Shown here: one piece after another, positions 34,885-43,932 of the stretch | How the letters are laid out: each line of letters opens with the position of its first letter | Numbering within the stretch: the stretch's first letter is position 1 | IMG/VR virus record: IMGVR_UViG_3300045988_112496 | Span: 1-64,000 of that record | Length of the DNA: 64,000 nucleotides | Direction: 5' to 3' (one strand) | DNA from: a virus | Program-made: the position numbers and the translations under genes | The notes under the pieces: model-generated | Told to the model about the DNA's origin: nothing | Databases searched by the model: none | What the model saw: the letters and a program-made list of their open reading frames with translations, nothing else

Positions 34885-36363
34885 TCATAAAGAATGAATA
34901 GGATGATTCTTCCATATCTTCTCTAACAGAATAACTTTCAATTCTTGTTTTTGATAATATTGCTTCCTATGTTTACCATGTCTGTTAAGATAGGGACCAG
35001 GATAGTGTAAGTCATCCAGGTAAACCTTTTTCTTTGAGGAATCAGTTCTTACCAAACGACCCAGGAACTGAATAGATTTTTCCTGGCTATCCATTGATGC
35101 TGCATTAAGTAAATACCTAAGCTTAGGAAAGTTTTTACCTCGAGCAATGATTGTAGTTGATACCAGGATATCTATCTTGCCTTCCCTAAAATCTTTCATT
35201 ATTTGTTGTCTTATCTTTGAATTAGTATCTACATGCACACAGGCAATATTATATTTGCTCCCTAGTTTCTTTTTAAAGTATTTGTATAAATTCTCACAAT
35301 GTGCAATATACTTGCATACTACGAGTGCAGGATATCTGCCCTGTTTGATATTCCATTTAAGCCGAGCATAAACCATTTTCCTTGCATACTTATTAAAGGT
35401 AATAGAATCATCATAAATATCCTTATAAGATACTTCCTCAGATTCCCAATTACCATACCAAGGTTTACTTGGAACCATCTTTACAATTGTACGAGTTGAA
35501 TAACCTTTCTTAATAGAATCCTTGAGTTTAAACTCTGCAAGTACCTTACCAAAGAAACATTCGAGATTTGTATTCTTTACTTTATCCTTAGCAAGCTTAC
35601 TCATATAAATGGTACCAGATAATCCAATACGAACCCTGGTATTAAATAAACGAGTAAGTACATTTTGATATTGCTTACTACCTGCTTGGTCAGCCTCATC
35701 CACCAAAACCATATCTATCTTAGATAATTCTCCTTGATAGAATTTCATATTACGAGAAATAGATTGAACCATACCGATAGTAAAGTTACTCCAATTTAAT
35801 ACTTTACCTTGAACAAAGGTGATCTGTTCTCCAGGTAGGTATTTCTTAAATTCATCTCTAGCTTGATTTAACCAGTCAGAATCATTAGTTATAAGCAAAG
35901 TCTTTAACTGCTTCTTATAGGATAAATAAAGAGACGACATGATAAGAGTTTTACCTGCATTAACTGTGTAATCTAAAACTCCAATTTGAAAAGAAGCTTT
36001 ACCTACCCTATTATTAATTACTGCTTTAACTGCCTTCTCTTGTTCTGGTCTTAATTTATATTCTCCTATCCTTGTAACAACTTTACTGACTTTTGGTAAA
36101 GGTTGTCTCATATCTACAACTTTAGGTTTAATTCCATACTCAATACATTTATCATATACTGCAGGAAGTAAACCTATCTTAAATTCACCATGCTTATTAA
36201 TATAATGAATCTTACCATCCCAGTTCTGCATACCTCTTTGCCTGGTACGTAAGTAAAAGGCATTTGGATGACGAATGGCAAACTCGATATAGAGTTTCTG
36301 TGCGAACTTAAGAGGTAAGTCCAGTTCGCACATATTCCCATTCTGTATAATTATCCTACTCAT
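34885..36363 (-). CDS. SF2 DEAD-box-type DNA helicase (UvsW/type III res-like) (492 aa)
   Basis: Motif I 'NAGKT', II 'VDEAD', III 'SGT', VI 'QFLGRLVR'. Confidence 0.85.
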   Translation of the reverse strand: MSRIIIQNGNMCELDLPLKFAQKLYIEFAIRHPNAFYLRTRQRGMQNWDGKIHYINKHGEFKIGLLPAVYDKCIEYGIKPKVVDMRQPLPKVSKVVTRIGEYKLRPEQEKAVKAVINNRVGKASFQIGVLDYTVNAGKTLIMSSLYLSYKKQLKTLLITNDSDWLNQARDEFKKYLPGEQITFVQGKVLNWSNFTIGMVQSISRNMKFYQGELSKIDMVLVDEADQAGSKQYQNVLTRLFNTRVRIGLSGTIYMSKLAKDKVKNTNLECFFGKVLAEFKLKDSIKKGYSTRTIVKMVPSKPWYGNWESEEVSYKDIYDDSITFNKYARKMVYARLKWNIKQGRYPALVVCKYIAHCENLYKYFKKKLGSKYNIACVHVDTNSKIRQQIMKDFREGKIDILVSTTIIARGKNFPKLRYLLNAASMDSQEKSIQFLGRLVRTDSSKKKVYLDDLHYPGPYLNRHGKHRKQYYQKQELKVILLEKIWKNHPIHSL

Positions 36364-36950
36364 TTGATAATTACAGTTACACCTTTAGATTCATTAGTTG
36401 AAATACCCATAGCTTCTCGGAGAAGTTTGATATGGTGTTCCTCATCAGCCACCAACTTATTTAAGAAATACATCACATCATCATAATCTGCCCGGTCATC
36501 GTAAACAGCAAGGTGATTCATGATAGTTCTGTAGTAATCGATTGTTTCTTGTTCTGAACTCAAAGCAACCTTTAGTGCATCATTTCGAGTACTACCAATT
36601 TCAATCTTAGGGTTAATCTCCATACTACTGTAATCCTCATGGGGATTAGCTTTCTGTAAGAAATCAGATAACTTGTCATAATGTCTCATTTCTACCAAAC
36701 CTATACCCAACATCAGTTCTGCAATATCATCAAACCGGGATGACTGTTGAGTATACATAAGGATTGCTGTAGTCTCTGAAAAACTGGCAGTCTTAAGTAT
36801 ATGCTCAAACATCTTAACGATATCTTCCGGCCAAGGTTCGATATCATTGAAATCTGGATAGTCTACTGACTGGTCCGAATACTTGAGGACATCAATAAAA
36901 GCATTAGCTGCATCCTCTACTCTGTTGCCCATAAATTTTAAAGCTTTCAT
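36360..36950 (-). CDS. ferritin-like / Mn-catalase-like di-metal carboxylate protein (196 aa)
   Basis: Four-helix pattern E...'VEMRH'...E...'DEEHH' (two ExxH motifs). Confidence 0.55.
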   Translation of the reverse strand: MKALKFMGNRVEDAANAFIDVLKYSDQSVDYPDFNDIEPWPEDIVKMFEHILKTASFSETTAILMYTQQSSRFDDIAELMLGIGLVEMRHYDKLSDFLQKANPHEDYSSMEINPKIEIGSTRNDALKVALSSEQETIDYYRTIMNHLAVYDDRADYDDVMYFLNKLVADEEHHIKLLREAMGISTNESKGVTVIIK

Positions 36951-36952
36951 AA

Positions 36953-37777
36953 TTACTTGATTTTATCCCAGAGACTCCCCTCTACTTTAGGTTCTGTCTC
37001 CAGAGTTTGTTTATTTTTATTCTTATATAAATACTTATTGTATCTTTCAATTGCTTTATCAGTATATAGTTGAGCAATATCTGGTAAACCATTACACCAT
37101 GCAAGGGAATCAAACTGAGCATCTATGAATACTTTGTAATCCCATCCCTCTTCATCTAAGAAGTTTCTTAATCTTACAAAGTGAACATATTTCTCGGGAT
37201 TCTTTTCAAAGGTTTCCATAATACCAGTAGCATCAGCTATTTTCTTTACAAAGTATAAATGAATATCCATGGTATTATTACTGTACCTATCATCCATTAT
37301 CTCTAATTCAGCAGCATACTGATTAGTAATGTTATCTTGCATACTTATAAGTCTCTGTAATAGATTACGATTATCTTGCATCCTATTAAGACCTATTTCG
37401 ATATACTTGATAAATCCTTCTCTAGTATCAAAACCAAAGTCTGAACAAAAGGTATTACATATTTCGGCAATCTTTTTACAGCTTGTCCATTCCCTTTGAT
37501 TACTTTCGTTTATTTTACGAACTCCTCGATGCTTTAGTTTTATTCGGGTTGCATATATAATATTAGCAACCAGGGCAGCATCACCCTTAGATGCTAGTAA
37601 TATGTTATTTACTTTCTTAGTTATTCCTTTATTAGTAACTAAGACTGCTCTAGTATTTATTGCCTCTTTACGTGCAATAACAAAAAAAGCCTCAACCGGA
37701 AAGTTATCTACCTCTAAAGTATTTAATATTTCCTCAAATTGAGACTTTGTAATATGAATGCTTGGTTCTCTACTCAT
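36953..37777 (-). CDS. hypothetical protein (274 aa)
   Basis: Long minus-strand ORF in the replication module. Confidence 0.75.
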   Translation of the reverse strand: MSREPSIHITKSQFEEILNTLEVDNFPVEAFFVIARKEAINTRAVLVTNKGITKKVNNILLASKGDAALVANIIYATRIKLKHRGVRKINESNQREWTSCKKIAEICNTFCSDFGFDTREGFIKYIEIGLNRMQDNRNLLQRLISMQDNITNQYAAELEIMDDRYSNNTMDIHLYFVKKIADATGIMETFEKNPEKYVHFVRLRNFLDEEGWDYKVFIDAQFDSLAWCNGLPDIAQLYTDKAIERYNKYLYKNKNKQTLETEPKVEGSLWDKIK

Positions 37778-37785
37778 ACCATTTC

Positions 37786-38196
37786 CTAATCAAATACATA
37801 ATTTAAAGTACATACTCCCCCTATTAGGAAAGCAAAGAAACATACAATAGCAATGAGAAGATAAGTACCATGTTCTTTATTTCGAGATTCTTCAAACCTT
37901 AAAGGGAATACATCACTAAAAGTAATCCTTGAACCTTTATTGAATTGATAATAGGTGCTTGGAGTTACCGTAAAATCTTGTATTCCATATTTATCGGTTT
38001 TAACTACCAAAATAAATTCTGTATAAATCTTGGTAGACTTATAATGGGTTTTATCTTGCCCATACTTTTCTAATACTGTACCAGATATTTCTATACCTTC
38101 TCTGGCTTTAATTACTCGATAAATACTGTAAACCATTGTTCCTACTATCAAGGATAAAATGGTTACTGATAGGAATTTCATAAATTTACTGTTCAT
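37786..38196 (-). CDS. membrane protein, 2 TM (136 aa)
   Basis: Hydrophobic segments at both the N- and C-terminus. Confidence 0.65.
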   Translation of the reverse strand: MNSKFMKFLSVTILSLIVGTMVYSIYRVIKAREGIEISGTVLEKYGQDKTHYKSTKIYTEFILVVKTDKYGIQDFTVTPSTYYQFNKGSRITFSDVFPLRFEESRNKEHGTYLLIAIVCFFAFLIGGVCTLNYVFD

Positions 38197-38236
38197 ATCT
38201 AAATAAATATAAGTTATATAATATAATAGGAAATCC

Positions 38237-39190
38237 TCACTTTAAATGGTTTCTGATTTGGATTAATTCTTGATAACTTTGATACCTTGTCTGATATACT
38301 AATCTAAGAGTTTCTTTTCTACCCAAATCATTTACATCTTTTCCTTCTGGTAAAAACACCACCTTGACTTTTTTATAGGCAACAAGTTTGAGCGCCAGAT
38401 TGATTGCATATTTCTTGGCATCTGGGTCCAGCAATATAATAAATCTTTCGCATGAGGATTTAAGTAATTCATTGACTTGGTATCCAGATATAGCTTTACC
38501 CATTGTGGCAATTCCTCTATCCCCGATAGTAAGGGCATTGAGTGCACCTTCACAGATGTATACCGACCTATACATCTCCAACGCATCATAATTAAAGATG
38601 ATAAATTCTTTTCCAACTCCTGTGATATCTTTATTGGGGTTGTTATACCGAGGACCAGCTCCGATGACATTTCGGGCATTGTAATACCTAAGTTGTCCCT
38701 TATAATAAAAGGGTATAATGAGGTAACCAAAATAGGGTTCTTTTGTTGAGTAGCCAACACCATGTTTACATAACTCCTCGATGCTAAAGCCACGGCTCTT
38801 GACATATCCCCTAATGCTCCTTGCAACCTGTGAATTGCCAAGGTTAAGGATTCTGAATCCTTCGGGGAGATACAAAGGCTTAGCTTCTGATAATTCAATC
38901 TTTTCCTCATGGAATTCAAGCTCATCAAATTTTCCACTGTTTAAGAAATTAATAAGTTCATGATAAGTATCGAATCCTTCTATATCCATAACCAATTGAG
39001 AAGGATTCGGATGTTCATTACATCTAAAGCAATTGGTTCTATACATTGATAAATTAACTCCCATCTTTAATTCTCGATGGCAGTATGGGCATACTGGAAG
39101 TTTCATCCAGCCATGTTTATAATCGAATGCCGATAACCTCTTAACAAAGTAAGTTTTTAATTGTGATTTAAACCTATTAGTTATCTTCAT
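38237..39190 (-). CDS. DNA primase (zinc finger + TOPRIM) (317 aa)
   Basis: 'CPYCH...CFRCNEH'. TOPRIM 'ICEGALNAL' and 'LLDPDA'. Confidence 0.8.
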   Translation of the reverse strand: MKITNRFKSQLKTYFVKRLSAFDYKHGWMKLPVCPYCHRELKMGVNLSMYRTNCFRCNEHPNPSQLVMDIEGFDTYHELINFLNSGKFDELEFHEEKIELSEAKPLYLPEGFRILNLGNSQVARSIRGYVKSRGFSIEELCKHGVGYSTKEPYFGYLIIPFYYKGQLRYYNARNVIGAGPRYNNPNKDITGVGKEFIIFNYDALEMYRSVYICEGALNALTIGDRGIATMGKAISGYQVNELLKSSCERFIILLDPDAKKYAINLALKLVAYKKVKVVFLPEGKDVNDLGRKETLRLVYQTRYQSYQELIQIRNHLK

Positions 39191-39636
39191 AATCTAAATC
39201 TTTTAGTATATTCAGTTATAGAAAAATCACTAACATTGTATCTTTGTTTGATAATCTTTCTTGGTATACCTATTAAGTAGTCAGCTTGAATACAAGATAT
39301 TATAAATTCACTTCTAGGTTTCTTACCCTTAGGTTTAAGTCTACCATCCCTAATACATTGTTTAGTATTTTCCTTATGAGTACACCAGTAAAGATTATCT
39401 ACAGAGTTATTAGTTCTTATATTGTCTTTATGACCTACACAAGGTAAATTATGAGGATTGGGTATAAAGGTTATAGCTATAATTCTGTTCAACCTAAAAG
39501 TTTTCTTACATAAATGAACTTGAGAATAACCATTCCTCCTATTAACACCCACCTTCAAAAACCTACCTATCTTCTTAGAATATATCCTACCATCTCGAGT
39601 AGCATATAAATAACTAAACCCTGGAATCTTTTTCAT
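39187..39636 (-). mobile_element. HNH homing endonuclease gene (149 aa) inserted between primase and helicase
   Basis: 'GHKDNIRTNNSVDNLYWCTHKEN' H-N-H/N motif with a NUMOD-like N-terminus 'YATRDGRIYS'. Overlaps both neighbours. Confidence 0.8.
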
Positions 39637-39826
39637 TCTGGATTCTCCTTATCTCTTTACGAACAAGTTTTCTCAATAACTTTAGGTCCTCTAAATCTAA
39701 AGGGCCTATCATAGTTGTATAACTAATTGAACCAAAACTAAATCCTATCTGAGATAATTCCTCTTCTTTATCTGAATGTTTAACTGCCCATTTATCTTGG
39801 GTTATTTCTATTTTCTTTGTTTTCAT
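39614..39826 (-). CDS. hypothetical protein (70 aa)
   Basis: Minus-strand ORF with a 4-nt overlap with the helicase gene. Confidence 0.5.
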   Translation of the reverse strand: MKTKKIEITQDKWAVKHSDKEEELSQIGFSFGSISYTTMIGPLDLEDLKLLRKLVRKEIRRIQNEKDSRV

Positions 39827-41253
39827 ATATCACCTGTTGTCCTTTCTCGTTTTTTAGAATCGGCATCTGGATTATCTTTCTTTTTAAGTTGGCTATCCAA
39901 TTTAGCACCATATACCTCATCATAATTTTTTCTCTGTTCTTTAGTAAACTCAGTACATCTTTGCCTTTCTACATCACATTTGAATAAAGCTCTACCAGAA
40001 GGAAGACCATCCCTTTGTACTACAATCTCAGCACGAAGGATATTATCTTTCTCTTCTTGCTCTGTACTATTGAGACCCATGATAAATTGAGCATTACGTA
40101 CAATAGCAATAGAACCCGATATATCATTCTCATCATATTTAGTTGCTTGATGTTTCTTACCTTCACGAGTAATATGATGAGCAGTCCATACAATATCTAA
40201 ATGTAAGTCCTCAGCAAGGTTCTGTAAGTCAATATATACATTTGAGATTCTTTCAAAATCATCTTTGTCTTTTGCAAGAGAAGCTAACTTCCCGGCATAA
40301 TCAACCATTAATACCTTAATATCAAGCCCTTGACTTCTGAAAGTAAGTATCTTTTCTCTTATATAATTACAATCGGTAATCAATGCAGGCACTCTTTCAA
40401 CGATTAATTCAACTCCAAACCTTGAAAGTTTCCTTAAATGTTTAGCCTCGAGTTTATCATAATCTCCAGTATATAATTCCTTCTTAGTTTTATTGATACT
40501 TGATTGAATGAAACGGTCCATGATTTGGTCTTTACCGTTTTCTGTATCTACATAAAAAACCGATTTCTTCATTCTAAGGTAACCTCGAGCAAGATTAACC
40601 ATAAAGAATGTTTTCTTTGCTTTTGGTTTATCTAAGATTACATTAATTGAAGCACCAGGGAATCCTCCTGCATTAGTTAAATCATTTAATTGCCTAAATG
40701 GGCAAGGTACTACTGAAGGTTCTGCCTGTCTTTTGAACTGACGTTCAGTAACATCTCGAATCATGAATAAGGGTTCATCCTCCTGTTTAGGTCTACTTCT
40801 CTGTAATACCTTCTCTACCTTTCTAGAATATTCTTCGTACTGTTCAAAGTTATCTAAGTCAAATGAATCATTTAAGTTCTTCATTTCAACATAGGTAGAG
40901 AACTGATATATCTTTTCTTTGATATAATCTGAATCTGATAATTGAATTGAATAAAGGTTTTTAATAACCCTTTCTATGTTTGGTATATCATCCTTAGTAA
41001 CCAGGTCAACATAGTTTTTGGATTCTAGCATTTCCCTTAGTACTTGTTTAAGGACATTTTGTGAAGGTATCTTTCTTTGCTTCTTAAAGTATTTAAGTAT
41101 ACCCTCACATATTAGGGAATGTTCGATAAGTACTAAGTAGCTTGGTTTTATTCTACTTAATACTAAACCTCCTTCCTTATCTTGAATAATGAACCTGAGA
41201 ATCTCCAACTGAAAGTCAGGTGCAAAGCTAAATTTAATTTTATTCTTTTTCAT
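39823..41253 (-). CDS. DnaB/gp41-like RecA-fold replicative helicase (476 aa)
   Basis: P-loop-like 'DKPKAKKT', 'VLMVDYAGKL', 'VWTAHHITREGK', 'IAIVRNAQFIMGL'. Lies near the primase gene, separated by the HNH gene and a small ORF. Confidence 0.65.
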   Translation of the reverse strand: MKKNKIKFSFAPDFQLEILRFIIQDKEGGLVLSRIKPSYLVLIEHSLICEGILKYFKKQRKIPSQNVLKQVLREMLESKNYVDLVTKDDIPNIERVIKNLYSIQLSDSDYIKEKIYQFSTYVEMKNLNDSFDLDNFEQYEEYSRKVEKVLQRSRPKQEDEPLFMIRDVTERQFKRQAEPSVVPCPFRQLNDLTNAGGFPGASINVILDKPKAKKTFFMVNLARGYLRMKKSVFYVDTENGKDQIMDRFIQSSINKTKKELYTGDYDKLEAKHLRKLSRFGVELIVERVPALITDCNYIREKILTFRSQGLDIKVLMVDYAGKLASLAKDKDDFERISNVYIDLQNLAEDLHLDIVWTAHHITREGKKHQATKYDENDISGSIAIVRNAQFIMGLNSTEQEEKDNILRAEIVVQRDGLPSGRALFKCDVERQRCTEFTKEQRKNYDEVYGAKLDSQLKKKDNPDADSKKRERTTGDI

Positions 41254-41399
41254 ACATTATTATATTGCAATATTATATACTAATAGATTTTGATAGTCCT
41301 CATGTAGTTCTGAACTCATGTCCACAGTATCTAGTATTCTTATCCTCAGCCGTTCGGTGAAATTTTTTGATATTCTTATATTATATAAAATATATTTAT

Positions 41400-41407
41400 T
41401 ATATTTG
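41400..41407 (+). promoter_or_regulatory. -7 box TATATTTG for the plus-strand sigma-like gene
   Basis: TTATTATATTTGCATAACG, 24 nt upstream of the ATG at 41431. CCTCAGC lies at 41344-41350 upstream. Confidence 0.55.
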
Positions 41408-41430
41408 CATAACGAAATACTTAAAAGAAT

Positions 41431-42084
41431 ATGAGGAAATGTAATGGAAACAATGGTTCAGAGCTTCATAGATTAAAACCTATGCAGGATTATGATGAAG
41501 CAATGTTTAATCGGTTATACAAAGTTTGTAAACCCGTTATTCGGAACCTTACCAAACAGATTGATTACAAAAGGTTTAACCTTACTCCAGATATAATATC
41601 TTCTTATTTCTGGGATAAAATGTTATTTGTTTTTAATAAGTACTACGGTACTTGTAGTGAAGAACATCTTAAAGCAAGAATCTTATCTTCCCTTGCTACA
41701 TTTAAGAATAAGCTTCTTCGGTTTGCCTATGGGGAGATTGCAGAATACAATCAGAACCTATTCAAACTTGAAGATTTATTTGATAATGATAAAGAATTAG
41801 AAGATGACGATGAAGAAGTTAAGGCTAAGGAAGAAATGCTTGAATTATTATATAAGTATATGAAAGAGAAATTATCTCCAGATGCTTATATGGTATTTGA
41901 AGTATTACTTACTCCACCTCCTTATATAAAAGAACGGATTAAGGATGGAGAAAGAATCACTAACATAATGTTAGTTGAGTTCTTTGATATGCCTAGAACT
42001 AAGAAGTCTGTTAAATATATAGGAGAACTCAAACAAGATATCCTATACTGGGAAGAGAAAGCTAAAGAAGAACTTCACTATTAA
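41431..42084 (+). CDS. putative phage sigma factor (ECF-like regions 2 and 4) (217 aa)
   Basis: Only plus-strand gene. 'FNRLYKVCKPVIRNLT...DIISSYFWDKMLFVFNKY' is region-2-like and '...KLSPDAYMVFEVLL' is region-4-like. Own TATATTTG box at 41400-41407. Confidence 0.45.
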   Translation: MRKCNGNNGSELHRLKPMQDYDEAMFNRLYKVCKPVIRNLTKQIDYKRFNLTPDIISSYFWDKMLFVFNKYYGTCSEEHLKARILSSLATFKNKLLRFAYGEIAEYNQNLFKLEDLFDNDKELEDDDEEVKAKEEMLELLYKYMKEKLSPDAYMVFEVLLTPPPYIKERIKDGERITNIMLVEFFDMPRTKKSVKYIGELKQDILYWEEKAKEELHY

Positions 42085-42087
42085 CAC

Positions 42088-42117
42088 AAAAGAAAAGGGG
42101 CGTTTCCCAACGTCCCT
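42088..42117 (-). terminator. terminator at the convergence of the late operon and the plus-strand gene
   Basis: AGGGGCG-tttcccaa-CGTCCCT, followed on the minus strand by TTTTCTTTTGTG. Confidence 0.6.
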
Positions 42118-42164
42118 CTCCTCTAATCTTTCATAAATTAAAAGTTTTTCTTAGTGTCAATATA

Positions 42165-43421
42165 TTATAGTTTTATAATATAGGCCAGTACGTAGTAAGG
42201 TGGTCTATTCTCATGAGCTTGGCCTCCTCCAGCGTTATAGGTATTATGATTCCACAAGCATACATAAGAATTATCGTTATCCGTTTTATTACTACCAGAA
42301 AGGTTATTACCAATCCATTGCGTACCATTAACACCGTGCATATCTGCATGAGCTTCGATATAATAGGCATCCTGGAACTCATGGTTATGAGCAGGTATCT
42401 CAGTGGTACTTAGAGTTACTTTCTCTTGTCCACCAGTATTACCAATCAGATTATAATCCTCATTACCTGATGACCAACCTACAATGAACTTACCTGATAA
42501 ATCTGGAGTTTGTAAGTCTTCTACTATCTGCCCATTACATAAAGCCCATCCTTCTGGTACAGAAACTCCATTCCACATTGCAATCAATCCTCTCGGTATA
42601 TTAGCTCCTGCCATACCACCAAGCTTCTCATCAATGTAAGCCTTGATATCAAAGTTAGGGAATCCTTGCAATAGTCGTAAGAGAGTTTCTATATTTGCTT
42701 GTTGCATTCCATGGATAGCAGTATTATATTCTACTGGTTGAGGAAACTTCCCTGCATACGGAACAATAGAATATTTCTCTACTGTATTATCCATTGAGTT
42801 AGTACCTTGGCCATATATACCAATTAATACCATTGAGGATTTATCTACCAAACCCTGAGATACCGAAGCAATAGCTCTATTCACTAGAGACTCATAGGAT
42901 AATTCATTATCTTCCAGTACGTTTGTTTTTGACAAGTTTCTAGAATCTTTTGGTGTTGGATATAGAGGGTCTACCGACTTTTTATACAAGGAGTAAAATG
43001 AATTAGATTCATTCCAAAAAGCCCTGAACTGTACTGGGTTTTGTACGGGTTCTTCCAAAGGAGTATGGTAAGCGAATACAATTACATCCTCATTGGAACC
43101 CTTGGAACCCTCTATATTGGGTATACTGATATTAGCACTGTCAGATATATAGATAGTACCATCCCTAGCTATACAACCAAAGTTTGTATCCGGACCTTCA
43201 CCCGAATCTGCAGCCTTAGTCATATACCTTGAAAGGATTCTATCCTTTATTGCTTGATAAGCAGGAGATGTAGGTTCTCCATTCGGTAAGAGAGTAATTG
43301 CATTATTTACAATCGTTGCTGAACCAAATCCACAAAATGGACCAATGCCTGCAGGAGCAGCTATGGCTTCAGCTGCATCCTTAGACTTTATTACACCTTC
43401 ATAATCAAAATAGGTTTTCAT
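42165..43421 (-). CDS. tail fibre protein with C-terminal phage tail-collar domain (418 aa)
   Basis: 'GQEKVTLSTTEIPAHNHEF ... GGGQAHENRPPYYVLAYIIKL' is a typical tail-collar/MdpB signature. Confidence 0.7.
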   Translation of the reverse strand: MKTYFDYEGVIKSKDAAEAIAAPAGIGPFCGFGSATIVNNAITLLPNGEPTSPAYQAIKDRILSRYMTKAADSGEGPDTNFGCIARDGTIYISDSANISIPNIEGSKGSNEDVIVFAYHTPLEEPVQNPVQFRAFWNESNSFYSLYKKSVDPLYPTPKDSRNLSKTNVLEDNELSYESLVNRAIASVSQGLVDKSSMVLIGIYGQGTNSMDNTVEKYSIVPYAGKFPQPVEYNTAIHGMQQANIETLLRLLQGFPNFDIKAYIDEKLGGMAGANIPRGLIAMWNGVSVPEGWALCNGQIVEDLQTPDLSGKFIVGWSSGNEDYNLIGNTGGQEKVTLSTTEIPAHNHEFQDAYYIEAHADMHGVNGTQWIGNNLSGSNKTDNDNSYVCLWNHNTYNAGGGQAHENRPPYYVLAYIIKL

Positions 43422-43927
43422 AATGTATCTTCGTTATTGTTATTACTCTTATATTCTTTTGATTGGTTTTTCATATCTTGGAAAGCTTCTCCCACATCCT
43501 TAAACTTGAAGGTTAATAGTTTCCAAAAGATGGACCAGATACTATACTTCTTCTTTATACCATGTAAAGTACATATATGACCATAAATACTATCTATTTC
43601 GAAACAGTAACATAATACCATTATCGTTATAGATACCGTTATCGGATTTAATCCGTAAGGTTCACCAATGGCTTTACCTATTACGGCACCCAGTAAAATG
43701 TAACACAGATAATCAATGATTTTATTAAGAGTTCTTCTCCCGGCTCTAGATTTTCTTATCTCAATACGTAATACCCTACTTGCAGATACTCCAAACCAGA
43801 AATCTGCTAGAATTAGTACAAAGGCTAATAAAATCATCCACCTTAAATCAAAGATAATGGTATAACATTCAGAAGTAAATCCAATGATACCAGTTTTAAA
43901 TAGTGTGTTAAAAGAGCTGCTTTCCAT
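43418..43927 (-). CDS. holin-like membrane protein (phage holin 4_1-like) (169 aa)
   Basis: 3 TM segments. 'LILADFWFGVSASR...RAGRRTLNKIIDYLCYILLG...CFEIDSIYGHICTLHGI' parallels the LD..TG...S..G..KK....E..SI.EN pattern. Confidence 0.5.
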   Translation of the reverse strand: MESSSFNTLFKTGIIGFTSECYTIIFDLRWMILLAFVLILADFWFGVSASRVLRIEIRKSRAGRRTLNKIIDYLCYILLGAVIGKAIGEPYGLNPITVSITIMVLCYCFEIDSIYGHICTLHGIKKKYSIWSIFWKLLTFKFKDVGEAFQDMKNQSKEYKSNNNNEDTL

Positions 43928-43932
43928 TTTTG

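Noticed and set aside
38332-38937. A 201-aa alternate-frame ORF and several plus-strand ORFs inside the primase gene.
   Set aside because: The primase frame carries the zinc finger and TOPRIM motifs. The alternate frames have no recognisable features and no independent signals.
41254-41430. Direct repeat CTCATGT x2 (41308 and 41325) in the divergent intergenic region, as a possible operator.
   Set aside because: Only two 7-nt copies are present. That is too short to distinguish from chance without comparative data.
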